Source: Antedon mediterranea (Eukaryota > Animalia > Echinodermata). From it: a stretch of 64,000 nucleotides of DNA. The stretch covers positions 20,721,237 to 20,785,236 of the forward strand of contig NC_092672.1 of assembly GCF_964355755.1 (NCBI RefSeq), given 5' to 3'. A model generated the notes under the pieces. That model was not told where the DNA came from and made no database searches. It saw nothing but the letters and a program-made list of their open reading frames with translations. Below, piece after piece: positions 1 to 15,000 of the stretch (position 1 is the stretch's first letter; every line of letters starts with the position of its first letter). A program made the position numbers and the translations under genes.

Positions 1-32
1 TGTTGTATGTGTTATATATTTTATCACAACAG

Positions 33-3000
33 AACCAGTGTATGAAGAAAAACCAGAAATTCCTAAAGGGTTCAGGAACAAATTTGTAAGCAAACTTCGC
101 TCTGCAAGAGAAGGTGGTGACTCTAAAGTGGATAGCAACAAGTTTGTTATGCATATCTGGGACTTTGGTGGTCAACCAATTTACCATGTGATACAACGGG
201 TAAATTTTATTGGTGTATTTAATTTTTATTAATAGAGATTAGTTTTGCCGTCAATATTCAATATACATGCCTTCTTCTGAGCTTCTGTTAATTTCAGTGT
301 ATACTTTGTCTTTTGGCCTTGTTACAATATGAGTACTGAAATCAAAAAGCTTGCTAACTTGATTTGAAGTTAAGAACCTATAATCTTCCTCCAAGGTATT
401 ACAAAAATGTGGATCTAATATAGTACAATATGTCAGTATCAGATATAAAATACAATTATTATTATTATTACAATATTATAAATTATTTTATTCTTCATTT
501 AATTTGAATACAATCAACTTAGTCTCTAGTCTTCGATTACCTTAAACCAAAACCAGAATTGAGGTCAAAAGTTCCAAATTCTGTTTTACCTTTAAAAATA
601 CATTTGTAATATCAGAATTTCTGTAAACCAAGACATATTATGCCAGCCGAATGGTGTCCAGTTTTGGGAGACTTTAATTAAAATAGTATTAATTGATGTA
701 ATATTATGTATTATTAGCAGAGAGGGATAGAAAAGAAAGAATGTAATATTAAACATTCATTATTTATTAAACCAATGATTAAGATTGTAAATGTTTCCAA
801 GGTGAACATGCACTTTGTGAGGAAAAAAATCAAATAATCAGTTGTGCTAGTATATACTGTGACACAATTAGTGTATAAACAGTTTTTAATATTGACAATT
901 ATGATTATGTTTATAGATATTCATGGTGTCTTATGCTGTTGTATGTGTGGTATTCAACATGAATGAAGGTCTTAATGCCCCAGCTAAAGTTTGTGATCCA
1001 ACAACTGTAAGTAGATTTTACAAATTTCAAATGTTTATGTAATTGTACATAAATAAAATGTTTCCTTCATGTTATTCTTTACCTTAACACAAACTGTGCA
1101 AATAGCAGATGCCTGATATATGATTGTTGTTATTTCCACTTCCATGAATAGTGTTGTTAATAGCAGATGCCTGATATATGATTGTTGTTATTTCCACTTC
1201 CATGATAGTGTTGTTAATAGCAGATGCCTGATATGAGTGTTGTTAATTCCACTTCCATGATAGTGTTATTAATAGCAGATGCCTGATAAATGATTGTTGT
1301 TATTTCCACTTCCATGATAGTGTTGTTAATAGCAGATGCCTGATATATCATTGTTGTTAATTCCACTTCCATGATAGTGTTGTTAATAGCAGATACCTGA
1401 TATATCATTGTTGTTAATTCCACTTCCATGATAGTGTTGTTTTTCTATATTAATTTGTGCTGCTAATAATAATAGATAATTTGCCAAAATGTTTCAAACT
1501 AGAACTTAAAGCATTAAAAATGTAAATTTTGTTCATTTTTTTTTTATTTAGGGAAAAATGTATGAACATCAAATGACAAATCTTGAGTTCATTCTGTTTT
1601 GGATTCGTTCAGTTTTTGTAAATGTAAGAAAAGGACAAAATAACAAGATACTGCTGATTGGTACACATTATGAGAGCCTTGGTAAAACTGAACAAGAAAG
1701 ACAACAAAGGGTACATAGCATTTCTGAAAAATTCCTAAAACATCATTGGTCAGGGTTAAATTCATTCACTTGCAATTGAGAAATAAAATAAAACTAAGTA
1801 AGAGGGTTTAATTAATTGAATAGAACATTTCGAACATAGATATTATAAGAAAGAACAAATTAAAGATATATATCTGTACTATATTATTAAACAGCATGCC
1901 TAAACAATGAGGTATGTTTTACGTTTGTGTACAATATAATAAAAACATACATTTCATTTTGAGCAAAAAAGAACCCCCAAAATTCATTATATCACATATC
2001 ACCTACCTAGAAGGCAACATAAGCATGTCATATAATAGCCCATGTCATTTATTTTAGGTAAAAGAAATAGAGAATACAATTTGGGAAGCCTTGAAGGGAA
2101 AACCATATTGGGACATGGTGTATCAAGGAGAGCTATTTACAATTGAAAACAGTGTCCCATTTGAAAAGAGCGGTGCTTCTAAAATCATTCTCCAAATACA
2201 AAAATTTTTCCAGATGATGATTCGCACTTTGCCAATCAAATGGCTGCAAGTAATGCAAGAAATACAACAGCTAAGGAAAGAACTGTATCTACCAATGTCT
2301 GAGGTTAGAAATACATTTTCTTTCTTTCAGCTTGATCTCAATTATAATTATATCTTTACAATTTAGTGTAGGTAAAAATTGTTTGAAAACAATAACCAGT
2401 TACATTCGTTTAGACTATTACATTAAAGCCTGTTTTTCTGTCAATGTTAGTTGAAATACATAGTTGATTGTTTAAAACAACTATCATTGTAACCATCATG
2501 GTCACCTGCATTTGAAAGTGTATAGGAAACCAGTTGGTTTATAGTTGGTAGAAATTTTTCCCATGAGGGTATAATGTTAAACTTGCTTTAATTTTCAATG
2601 TTAATCGACTGTTTATGTCGAATGTTATCGGTAACAGAATGGTGTAATTTTAGTTAGACAACATACCAAAATGTTCTGAAATACAAAATGATTTAATAAG
2701 TTCAATTCTAACCCTTTCATGATCATGAAAAATGATGTCCTTGTAGTAACTTTTAGTATTATTTCCAATATTCTGTTTAACAAACACATACAGTAGCACA
2801 AGTTACAATATTGGTTAAACTTTCAAGTTTGAATTTAATTTTATTTAATTGTTATGTTTATTTGCCTTCTAGATGAATGATTTACTTGTCCGTTGTAAGA
2901 TAACCAATTACAAAGTGCTTCTGGAGTACTTACATGACATCGGCGAGATTCTGTTCTACCCAGATGACAAGATCCTCAAAGAAATAATTGTTATAGATTT

Positions 3001-6000
3001 GATGGGAGTAGTTAACAAGTTTAAAACAATTATCACAGTTATTGATCCCAAGCTTAAGGTTAGTAATATTATGCACTATACCTTTGTGAATAATCTGACC
3101 TAAACATTGTGATAATGTTTTTATGTGATGAGTTTAATGTCAAAATGTAATGTCTTCCACAAAGAAAACTTTTTTGTCCTGGAGCCTAATATTATCTACT
3201 GTCACCATAATGAAAGTTAATGGTGGTTATATTGAATTTCAAATTTACACCTTGTTTAATTTTACTACTGTATATTCTAATACTTATTACAGTAGAACCC
3301 CTATTAAAGAGGACACCACATAACGTGAGAACCCCTATTAAGTGGACTGACACCACATAACGTGAGAACCCCTATTAAGTGGACACTACATAACGTGAGA
3401 ACCCCTATTAAGTGGACACCACATAACGTGAGAACCCCTATTAAGTGGACACCACATAATGTGGACCCAACAAAGTGTGATCCCTTTAATAGAGGTTAGT
3501 TGTAGAACCCCTATTAAAGAGGACACCACATAATGTGGACCCAACAAAGTGTGATCCCTTTAATAGAGGTTAGTTGTAGAACCCCTATTAAAGAGGACAC
3601 CACATAATGTGGACCCAACAAAGTGTGATCCCTTTAATAGAGGTTAGTTGTAGAACCCCTATTAAAGAGGACACCACATAATGTGGACCCAACAAAGTGT
3701 GATCCCTTTAATAGAGCTTAGTTGTAGAACCCCTATTAAAGAGGACACCACATAATGTGGACCCAACAAAGTGTGATCCCTTTAATAGAGGTTAGTCGTA
3801 GTTGTATAATTGTTTATTTCAGGAGAAGATATCAACAAATTAGTAATTCTTAGGACTATGGTTTCTGTTTTACAAACGAATCTTTCTTTCCACCGATCGC
3901 TAGAATACCTACTAGTTGCAATTGTGACATTTGACATAATCACCACCTGGTCTATCTTGTTCTGCTTATCGTCTCATCCGTATCTTGAATCTGAACTGAA
4001 CTTGATTGTATCTCTTTTATATCTCTTATATAGCCTGAATGAGATGTGCAACAAGTATATAATAAGCATTTAAAAAATTAGACAGAAAAAACAAATTACA
4101 AAATATTTACATGATAAACCAAACAAAGTTGAGATCTTCAACTATAAAGCATATGTAGTAAAAAAAAATGATTGAAGTAAACTGAGAAAGATTAAAAACT
4201 AAGAAATGTACAAATAGGCCATAAGCAGTAAATCGTATTGTTTCATCTCGTTCTAGTGTTAGGGGTCTAGAATTTCTTTAAATATTTACAATGTAATTTT
4301 ATATAATATTTTTTAACAACATATCAAAAGTTCTTCACAATCGTGTGTGTAAATTTTGATAAATTATCGATTGATTTTGGTACTCTATTTTGATATACAT
4401 CGGGATGTATCGGCGTGAGTGATTTGGTCCCACAAAGGAAACATGTTCAAAATTATCCGCAACATCCAAAAATCTGTACCACATGATTGTATTTCACCAA
4501 TCATATTATGATTACAGATTGAGGAATCCTCATAACGCATGAAGTGCAGAAGTGTGTAAAAAAGCAACGCATGTATTCTTCGCGAGTCAAGAAGTTTGGT
4601 TTATTTTGCTATTTAAACAAACGTTGTAAACAGAGATTTTTGGCGAAAAAAGATGATATGCTTGTATGAAAATTGTTTCCTGCTTAACAGGTGTATGATT
4701 ATGGTTTGTTAGAAACACAGTTTAGAGAAAATAAGAGGCCAAAAGATAGCTAGCCTAGGCTCTAGCCAACGTCCTAGAGTAGACTGACTTTCAATATGGG
4801 ACTGAGAGGAGTATCAACATACTATAGTATTTACTTTGTTTGTTTGTTTGTTTGTTTGTTAGCACGATAGCGCCTACAGCTTTCAAGTTATCTTTCTGAA
4901 TTTTTGCGTGTAGATAGGTATACTTTCAGACCATGCCTACTGAAAATCAACAAATTTGGTTTATTAATAACTTCACAAATAACAAAAATGATATTATTTT
5001 CAGACCAGCTAGTGTTAAAAGATAGGAGACAATTTTCAAAAGCCGGCGAGCAGTCTTAAAGTAACAAGTGTACTAAAATTGCATTTTCTCGAGAACTACT
5101 TGTCTAAAAAACCTCATTTTTGTACAAGAGGCAAGAGTTATAAATTGTGATTTGTAATTTTCAAAACATAATTTGATTTAATGTAGAGGTTTTTTTATAC
5201 GAGTAGTTTTAAAAAACCTTTTTTTTTTTCAAATTCACCCGTTTGTTTTTCGCGTTGCTGTTCTATTGTTATTCAAATTAATCTATTGTTAGTTGATAAT
5301 TAGTTTTTTTTAGTACCCATGTGTGTCCTTCCTTATTTCATTCTGTACATAGGTATATATACTTACAGAACATGCCTATTAATTTTCAGGAAAACTGATA
5401 TTGGTCATGTCTCAAAAGCTTATCTTCCGTACGATATATTAAATAGCACGCATTCTGTCTTTTTTTTAACATGGACATATTCTTTGATATGGACCAAAAT
5501 ATTAGTCGACTGGTCACGCGGTTAAGCTTACTACATGGGTTAAGGCAGAGGCGCCGCAAATCGGCACAGCTTCAAGACACTCCTCGACCATTATTCTGGT
5601 CAATCTTGATTTTAGAAAGGTCATTGTTGCAATGCCGGAATTGTTTGCATTAAAAATTATTTAAACAAATTATTAACCTTATCAGTATTTTAACCATGTA
5701 AAGCAAAAATTGTATCTTTCAACATGCTCCCAGTCAGTGGATATATTTTGCCAAGTACTTCACTCAGTTTATGAGTGCTTTCATTTGTTTGTTTGTTAGC
5801 AAGATTACTCAAAAAGTAATTACAAGATCTTTACCAAAATGAATATACAGACAGATATGTGGTCAAGGACCATTCCATTAAATTTTTGGACCATTTGGGA
5901 CCATAGTCCCAATTCTGGACCACTTTTTAGTATACTTTTCAGACCTGCAAGTGTTAAAAGATAGGACAGAATTTTTCAAAAGCCGGCGAGCAGTCTTAAA

Positions 6001-9000
6001 GTAACAAGTAAACTAAAATTGCATTTTCTCGAGAACTACTTGTCCAAAAAACTTTATTTTTGTACAAGAGGCAAGAGTTAAAATTTGCCAAGTATTTCAC
6101 TCAGTTTCTGAGTGCTTTCATTTTGTTTGTTTGTTTGTTAGCAAGATTACTCAAAAAGTAATTACAAGATCTTTACCAAAATGAATATACAGATAGATAT
6201 GTGGTCAAGGACCATTCCATTAAATGTTTGGACCATTTGGGACCATAGTCCAAATTCTGGACCACTTTTTAGTATACTTTTCAGACCTGCAAGTGTTAAA
6301 AGATAGGACAGAATTTTTCAAAAGCCGGCGAGCAGTCTTAAAGTAACAAGTAAACTAAAATTGCATTTTCTCGAGAACTACTTGTCCAAAAAAACTTTAT
6401 TTTTGTACAAGAGGCATGAGTTAAAATTTGTGATTTGTAATTTTAAAACATAATTTAATTTAATGTGCACCTTTTTTGATGCGAGTAGTTTAAAAAACCT
6501 ATTTCTTTTCAAATTCACTCGTTTGATTTTCGCATTGCTGTTCTATTGTTAGTCAACTGAAACTATTGTTAATTGAAAAGCTTGTTACAAACCATTAGAC
6601 CAAACTCGCATACACATGCTTGTAGTGAAATTAGCCTAAATCACAAACAGTATTAAGACACACACAAATATATATATATTTATTTTTTCCCGGAGAAATC
6701 TTATGTAGGAGAATTTTACAGTAGGCATTTTGGACAAAATTGTTTAAAATATTGTAAGTTTATGAGATTAAAAGATCTTATTGAGATAGAAATTCAATCA
6801 TAAAAGTACCAATAAATATTCAAATAATATTTCATTTTTGTAACTGAAAAAACAAAAAATGGCCACCATTATGCCCAAAATGCTGCAATTTTATCCAATA
6901 TGACAACCAATTTATCTAAAATGGCCACACATCAAATATTTAGGAAGCTATTTTCTAAGATATCACTCCTTAAAAATGGCAAAATCTTCAAAATTATCTA
7001 TATAATTTGTAAAAATTCACACTTTTTTAAGCTTCCTCAATAAAAACCTTTTTAAGATTACAACTACCAAATTCCATATGCTGTTTACCAACCATTTTAA
7101 GAAGTCATACAGAAAATATAAACATGGTACTGTATGTGAATTATTTATGAAGATAGTGCATCTCAAAATCCCAAAAAGTCTCAAATTGACTAAATAATCT
7201 AAATTTTTCAGTTTTTCTCACATACAGAATACGCAGATTTTGAATTTTAGATATGTGTTTACAATCCACTTGACTACCCACATGGTAAATATAATAACAC
7301 TTGGTCAAGTATTAATTTGTAAAGTTATTACTACATAAAAATTGGTCCAGACCTAAAAACGGCTATAATTGCAGAGCTATTGCTCAAAATTGACTGGATA
7401 TTTTGTGGTGAACTTTTGATATAGTATGGATAACATATTTCTTTCACAATATCAACTTTCAAAATGTAGACCCTGAACGTCGAACAAAATTAATTTTCTA
7501 GGCCTTTTTTCAGCTACTGCTTATGGCCTAAAATTAATTTTGAGAAGGAATTGCATTATATATAGCATTTGTGTGTTCTGCCATTAATTGTCAGAAATAT
7601 TTTAAAATGTGTTTCAAAAATATTACTTGCTAATTTATATTTATTATGGGTTAATTGAATTGGTGTAATTTTGAATTCATTATGGATTTCAAGATCATCA
7701 AAAAATAAGTTGTATTTAAGATCTAGAGAGCTAGTAGAAAACAATTCCCAGAACATGGATAGATTATTGTATTGTTTAGGCCAAATAAAAAAATATACTT
7801 GTTAAGCGTCACACCCTCATAAATTTTCAGGGGCGGGGGGACGGTTTTTTTTGTTTTTTTTTTACTTTTTATAGAGGTATATTTTTGCGCGGTGGACGTT
7901 TTGGCCCACTTTTTTTAGGACGAAACGTCAAACTTTTAAAATGCGAAACAGAACAAAATTGACTATGTATGAAATATTATTGCTTATGACAAAATTGAGT
8001 TTTGTATTGTTTATATCCAGACGTAATTAAAACATTAAACTTAATTGCCACCAAGCGAAATTGTAGGCCCTAGGCTAACTAATCCGTCCAAGCTGCTACC
8101 CCCACCTCACTCGGATTACGGTCCAAGCGGCCGCCAACCAAAGCGGCCGCTAGTTCAATAACGGTAATTTGTATGGAACGCCGTGTGCGCTTTGATTGTC
8201 GTTGTTTTGTAATCTTTGATTGTCATTGTTTCGACAGGTTTTCTTTACCTCGGACGTAAATAACAATCTAAATTATTATGTAATAAGATTCGATAGTATG
8301 TAAATGAGATATAAAGATTCGGCAATACCGTACGTAAACTATTGCAATACTGTTTGAAGATTCGATAGTAAAGTAAACGAGATATAAAGATTCGGCAATA
8401 CCGTACGTAAATTATTGCAATATTGTATGAAGATTCGATAGTAAAGTAAATGAGATATAAAGATTCGGCAATACCGTACGTAAATTAGTATTGCAATACT
8501 GTATGAAGATTCGATAGTAAAGTAAACGAGATATAAAGATTCGGCAATACCGTATGTAAATTATTGCAATACTGTACAGTATAAAGATTCGATAGTATGT
8601 AAATGAGATATAAAGATTCGGCAATACCGTACGTAAATTATTAATGCAATTACGTATGTATAAAGATTCGATAGGAGAGTGCTCGAGAAACGTCGGGTTA
8701 GTTTAACATTATTTTTTCCCTTCACTGCCAATATTTAAAAAAAAAGAGATATAAATAAATAAATAGTAAATGAGATATAAAGGTTCAATAGTACGTAGAT
8801 TATGATACAAACGTAAATTATTAATGATTCGATAGTATATGTAAATATATTTAGTTAGTTAATATTAAAATACAAATATTTAAATATATTTATCGGAAAA
8901 CTTAATTTTTTTAGAAATATAAAGATTCGATAGTTCATGATTTGGCTTATAATATTTATTGGTTTGACCATACATACAGCTGTAACTCAACTGGCCATAG

Positions 9001-12000
9001 GCCATGGTGTTGACAACGACAATCAAAGATTAAAGCGCACATGGCGTTCCATACAAATGACGATATTAAACTGGCGGCCGCTTTGCTTGGCGGCCGCTTC
9101 GACCATACTCCCCTCACTCATCGGCCATCCGCCGTCTCTCGCTCGACTCATCTATCCAGGAAATTCCCTATCGCGAGAAGCATGATTTGGTCTCAATAAT
9201 ACTAAATAGTGGGCTGATTTATAGTTTGAAAACAGCTTACGGCATTTCTTAAGTGAATTTTTGTTCAAAGTATTCATTCTTCTTTGATGAATCCTTTGCC
9301 AATTGCTGTGTAAATCAGTATTTAAAGTTGTGATGCAAAAAGTGTATGCAATTATTCCACAGGTAAACCAGGCATAAGGAAACCCATCGCCCAACAGGAC
9401 CTCGTGGTGTGTCGATCTCGAGCGCGAGATCATCGTAAACAAAATTGGTAGAGTCCATTATGTATGGGGTGTTTCCTATTTACGAACCTATAAAAAAACG
9501 CGCTTCGACCACTGTGTAGGCAAAATATTTATTTCGTTAAATCCCTAAATTGATAATCGCGTATTCTGTAATCACGTGACTGATGATGTAATTCTCAGCG
9601 ACGTACTAAATGCACATGATTTAATGTGTTGGGGAAAAAGCTTGCTGTTTACCACATTACATGATTCACGGTGCTATTCGCGTTTCCTTGACGTAAATCG
9701 GCGGCGTGTAAATGAAACAATTGTTTTCACCAAATTGCCGTTGTCGACATAGAGCGATCGGCGGCTAGCGTTGTCTAAGCTAAAAAGTACGTATTTTTCA
9801 AAAATTACACTAGCCTAACAAACATTTGCTAGTTTTGAAATTTTCAAATAGCAATTATGAAGAATCTACTAGCAAAATGCTAGTTTGCTAGCGTGAATTT
9901 CGAGCCCTACTCTGGAGCTGGGCCGGGCCGCTGAACTTTCCGTTGTATATCGGTAAAAAAAAAATAAAAATAAAAAGAGAGGCGGCTGGATAATCAGGAG
10001 CGGGCGGTGACGCTTAACAAGTATGTTTTTTTATTTGGCCTTAGTTCATCTTTAAGTGTATGAGTATTGGTTGTCTTTATGCATAAGTCGTTTGCATTCA
10101 AATACGAAATGATATACAGTTTCCTTTTCATTACAATTACACAATAAACATATACCTGTATTTTGAGGTGACCATGCTTCTTTTCTACCTTCAAGTGGTA
10201 GTGAATTGGAGCTGAATTTTAGGCTTGAAGCATGGTAATACACTTATCTAATAGATTTTTTTTTTCTAATTTTGGTCTCTATTCACTTATTATTACATAG
10301 ACAAATTACATTTTTTGTTTGTTTTCTTTATTATAGGAATCTTTTAAACAACTTTGGAGTGATTTAAATGAGGGTAAATTAGATCAAAGACTGTTGCAGC
10401 ATATATGGAAGGATGAGTCAAAAGAGAGGATTGACTTCTTTGTGTCTCTCATGCAAACTTTTGGGTTAATGTGTGAAAAAAAGAGTAAAAAGGTATTTAA
10501 ATTGTGTTAAATATGGTACATTAATGGAATTATTTGTTGTCAATCTAATAAACATTTATTACATTTTTCGCAGAATGGTGGCCGAATGTTCTATGTTCTT
10601 TCACGCCTGAAGCCCCAACGGGATGATACAAAGGCTGTTGAATATGAAGAGAAGCGTGCTATTTCTCTCTTTCATGACTTTGATGGCTACCTTCCAGATG
10701 ATCTCTTTCAACGTGTTGCGACTAAATTTATCGAAGAATTTCAAATGGAAGATGTTGAACTTACATTGTCTTATGAGCATGTAGAACTGAATGTTGATGG
10801 CCATCATCTTGTCATTCTAAATGTAGCTACCATCAACCATTGCCGTTTGTTCCAGGTAAACTTGATAATGCAATCATGCCTTGAATGCCAGTAAAATCAC
10901 AAGTATTATATTGGGGGATTGTTCTTATGTTGTTTATTATATGTTTATTAAACCATTCTCTGTTTTTGTTGGTCACCACTTCTGGATATAACAGATATTA
11001 AAATATACACTGTCAGTAACTTTAAATTTACTTGGTTTATTGCCATTTCTGGAATGATGTCAGTGGTAATCACTTTGCAATTGATTTGTTTTTTATATTG
11101 CAGACAAAAATTGTCAGAACGAAAATTATGAACACAGAATCAGGAAGTAGCTCTCCTGAAGATGATGATCCACAACCTAACATCTGTAAGAAGGTAAACT
11201 ATAAGTACCAAATAAACTAATGTTATCTATGCCTAGTATAATTTATTTGCTTGATGATATTTTGTCAGTGTAAATTCATAAGCTCTGTGAATCTGGGTTG
11301 TTTTTGAATGATTATACAGTAAATGTTGAAAAGCTTGTTGATTCTTGAAAGGGCGTGTGGCGCAGTGTTTTGGAGGTTGGACTATTGATCGTGGGTTCAA
11401 AACGCTCGTCGCATTTATTGTAACTTTAGGAAAGACACTTACTTACGTTTGCCTCTCTCCACCCAAGTGTACCAATGGGTACGTAATAAGTAGTAAGTAC
11501 GTACGTAGTAAGCTGCATTATGGGAGTATGTTTCCATAAGTGTTTGATCCAAAAATGACCAGGGTAATAATACAGTGCTTTGAAGTTTCACAACATTAGG
11601 CGCTTTATAAATCTAGGATATAATTATTATTATTTTTCTTTTTAAATCATTCAAAATGTAGTTAAGTCATTTTATTGAGATTATTTATTTATACATGTAA
11701 CTCCATCCAGGTAATCAGTGAGGGCTGCACAGTATTACCTATTTTAATAATAATAACAGTTACTACATATTCTATAACAATATTTATTACCTCCGCCAAG
11801 GAGGTTATATTTTCACCCCTGTATGTTTGTGCCCCCATTTTCAGGGGGAATTTTTATGCGTTCGTGTGTGTGTGTCTGTGAACAGCCTGTAGGCCACAGT
11901 TTTTATCCGATTCTCACCAAATTTGGCCACAATGATCTATGCCCCAAAAGCTCAAACGAGTTCGAATTTGAGGGGAAAAGGTCATAGGTCAAGGTCACAA

Positions 12001-15000
12001 CTAAACAAAAACTATTTTACTGCCTGGAGACCACAGTTTTTATCCGATTCTCACCAAACTTAGCCATAATGATCAATGACTCATCATATAATTTTGGTTA
12101 AATTTTGAAGGGTCAGGGTCAAAGATCAAGGTCCACAAAAAAAAACCTCAGCAGGACTTGAACCAGCGATCTCAACTGTGAGAGGCTGGATGCATAACTC
12201 TCATCCACAACTTTGTAGTGTGCAGTTAGCCTATTTTACACTTAGAACTAATAAAAAAACATTTACAAAAAACATTTTCAGGGGGCATTTTATGTAGGGG
12301 AATTTTACAGTAGGCGGAGGTTTGTACTCTCAGAGTACCATCTAGTTATTCTTATTTTTTCTAGGTCCTTAATTTCCTTGAAAAAGAATTGCAAGTTTTG
12401 AGTCAGAATGGTGCACGTGGTGTTGAAGTAAAGATGTACATCCGTTGCGCATGTTCAAATAGTGAACATACTCATATGCAGGTTGTTCACAAATTTGACA
12501 AAGATGTGTTGCCATGTAGAAGCAGAGGAATGGACGTGAAACGTTACCGTAAACTGTTTAGCAAAATAGAATATGAACAAGGTATAGGCCTAATAATCCA
12601 TAAGACATAAAACAAAAAAATGAAAACATTCTTTAACTAATGATATTCCAAACCTCAATTTTCAGTTGATGCAGTTTAACCTTTTTCTCGAGTTTTTATG
12701 TTACATGTAAAAAATACGTTTGCTTAATGGTGTTTTATTATTTGTAGCTTCTACCTCAAGAATAATGAAAAGAAAAACCACTTCAGAAAATTATGATAAT
12801 GCGAGTGGCAGCGATGCCCAATCTTCTTTATCAAAAGTTCAAAGAACTACAGGTACTGGTAAGATGTTTTATGTTGTTGGTTAGCATAATAACAACACCA
12901 TTTTGTTTTATTCAAGAAATAACTTTACTCATTATATTTCTATTATAAAAACTATATGCACACAATTTATTTTATTTGCAATTATACACGCCTCAGTGTA
13001 TCCTTGTGTGACACACGATAATGAACAGCACAGACATTTGTGTATCAACGGATCTTTTTATTCACATAGACTCTGGAAAACCCTATAGCATAAAAGAAAA
13101 AAATATTAAGTTCAAGGAGGTCAAGCAAAGCTGTATAAAACATGGCAAAATGCTTAATCTTTATCATCTTTATCACATCAATCTATTTATACTACCATAA
13201 GGAAAATATCCGAGTTTTTTATACCTCCTACTTGCCTATATATATGAATCAATCGTACACTCATGCCAATAACAATATTTCTAAAGTAACGCTAAATATG
13301 ATATCTCAAAGATAGTGTAATAATAATATAGATTAAAACAGATTAAAACAGTGAGAAGTTAATGCTTTAGCATAAGTACTATAAAAATACTACAACATTA
13401 CTATTACCAATGCTAAAATAAGCTATCATTCAATTATTAATGTAGGCCACTATGTAATTTCGTGTCGTTTTTTGTTAAAAGCAAAATTCCAGCTGATTTA
13501 GTGTCTTTAGTATGTAAAGTAATAAAAGAAAATGTTGCAATTTTTTTTAAAAAGGCTTAAGGGTGTCAAATTCAAGATGGCCGCCAATACGTAAAATAAT
13601 CAATAAATGTACCATATTGGACAAAGTAATATAACATATGATATATACTTGCTATTTTATGTTATGTTCCGGATTCCAATGAATATACACACTTCAAATA
13701 ATATAGTGGTTTTGGATGCTTTATTCTCACTGATTTTTATCTACACATGTGCTCGGTCTTATTATTCTTTCTTTTTCTGCCGCCCTCTATCGGACGTTAT
13801 GTCTTGTATATTTGGAGTGTTACAATAAAAATAAAACTCCAATCATATAATATACGAAAAGCGTACATCAGCACTTCTATCTGCAACATATGAACTGCAT
13901 ACGAAACAAAACATTCATTCAAACTCATTCTCTGTCTAAATAACATACGAACAGATGGCCACCAATACAAAAAATAAACAATAAATGTTCCATATTGGAC
14001 AAAGTAACACCCATTATGAATGATATTTTTAGTTAAAATTAATGGTATATGGGTTCTCTGCTAAAAGCATTATTATAAACCTACATTTATCAGTATTTGG
14101 AATTTCAAAATGGCCACCATTTAAAAAAAATTGATTCAATTTCTTATTAAAACGTTTGCAAGTTATAACATTGATTCAAATCAAATACAATGATAGGCCT
14201 ATGAAAACAACATGGTGATTAACACAAATATAGCGATCATTCAAAATGGCCGCTATTTTGTGTTAATCACCATTTTTTTTTAAATAGGTTCAATTTCTTA
14301 TTAAGATGTGTTTAAATTAAATAAAATTAAATTGAAATTACCCAAAATGATAGGCCTTCACCTATGACAACAACATGGTGATTAAACACAAAACACATTT
14401 CTACCTAACCCTAACCTATTTCATAAACTAACTTTGCCAAAGTCCTTTGATGAAATATTTCTAATAAGTGAGCTGTCTTGAATGTGATACAGTAAATTGT
14501 CCTTCCTTTTGTTCTCTACTATTGTATCCATCAAACTTCTACTACCACCGAACCATCCATAATCTATTAATAATACTATTAATTGTGTGCTGATCTGGAT
14601 GTTACTACCTTTTTTATCGGTTGTATTGTTTCATCTGTTGAAATGTATTACAGTAGGCATATGCTTCTAGATAATGAACGATCTTATCTTTGTCGTGTAC
14701 TAGTAGAAGTAATCAGTCTGAAGTAAAAAGTGCACATGGAATAACGCCAAACTCATACTTTGCTATATACAGTACTTACCGGCTGACTATGTGATACGAC
14801 AAAGGATCTCAATAGGAGTCCTCTTTTACTTTGTTAAGTTTTTCACCTCTATTCACAGTCATGTGTATTTTTGTCAATATTCGTCCGTTTCTTTAGGATC
14901 CCATATAGACAGTTTGCCTTCTACAAGACTTTAACCAATGCCTCAAACATTTTTTCTCCAATGTCATCATGTCATGGCCAATAAACCCCTCTCTGAGAAT

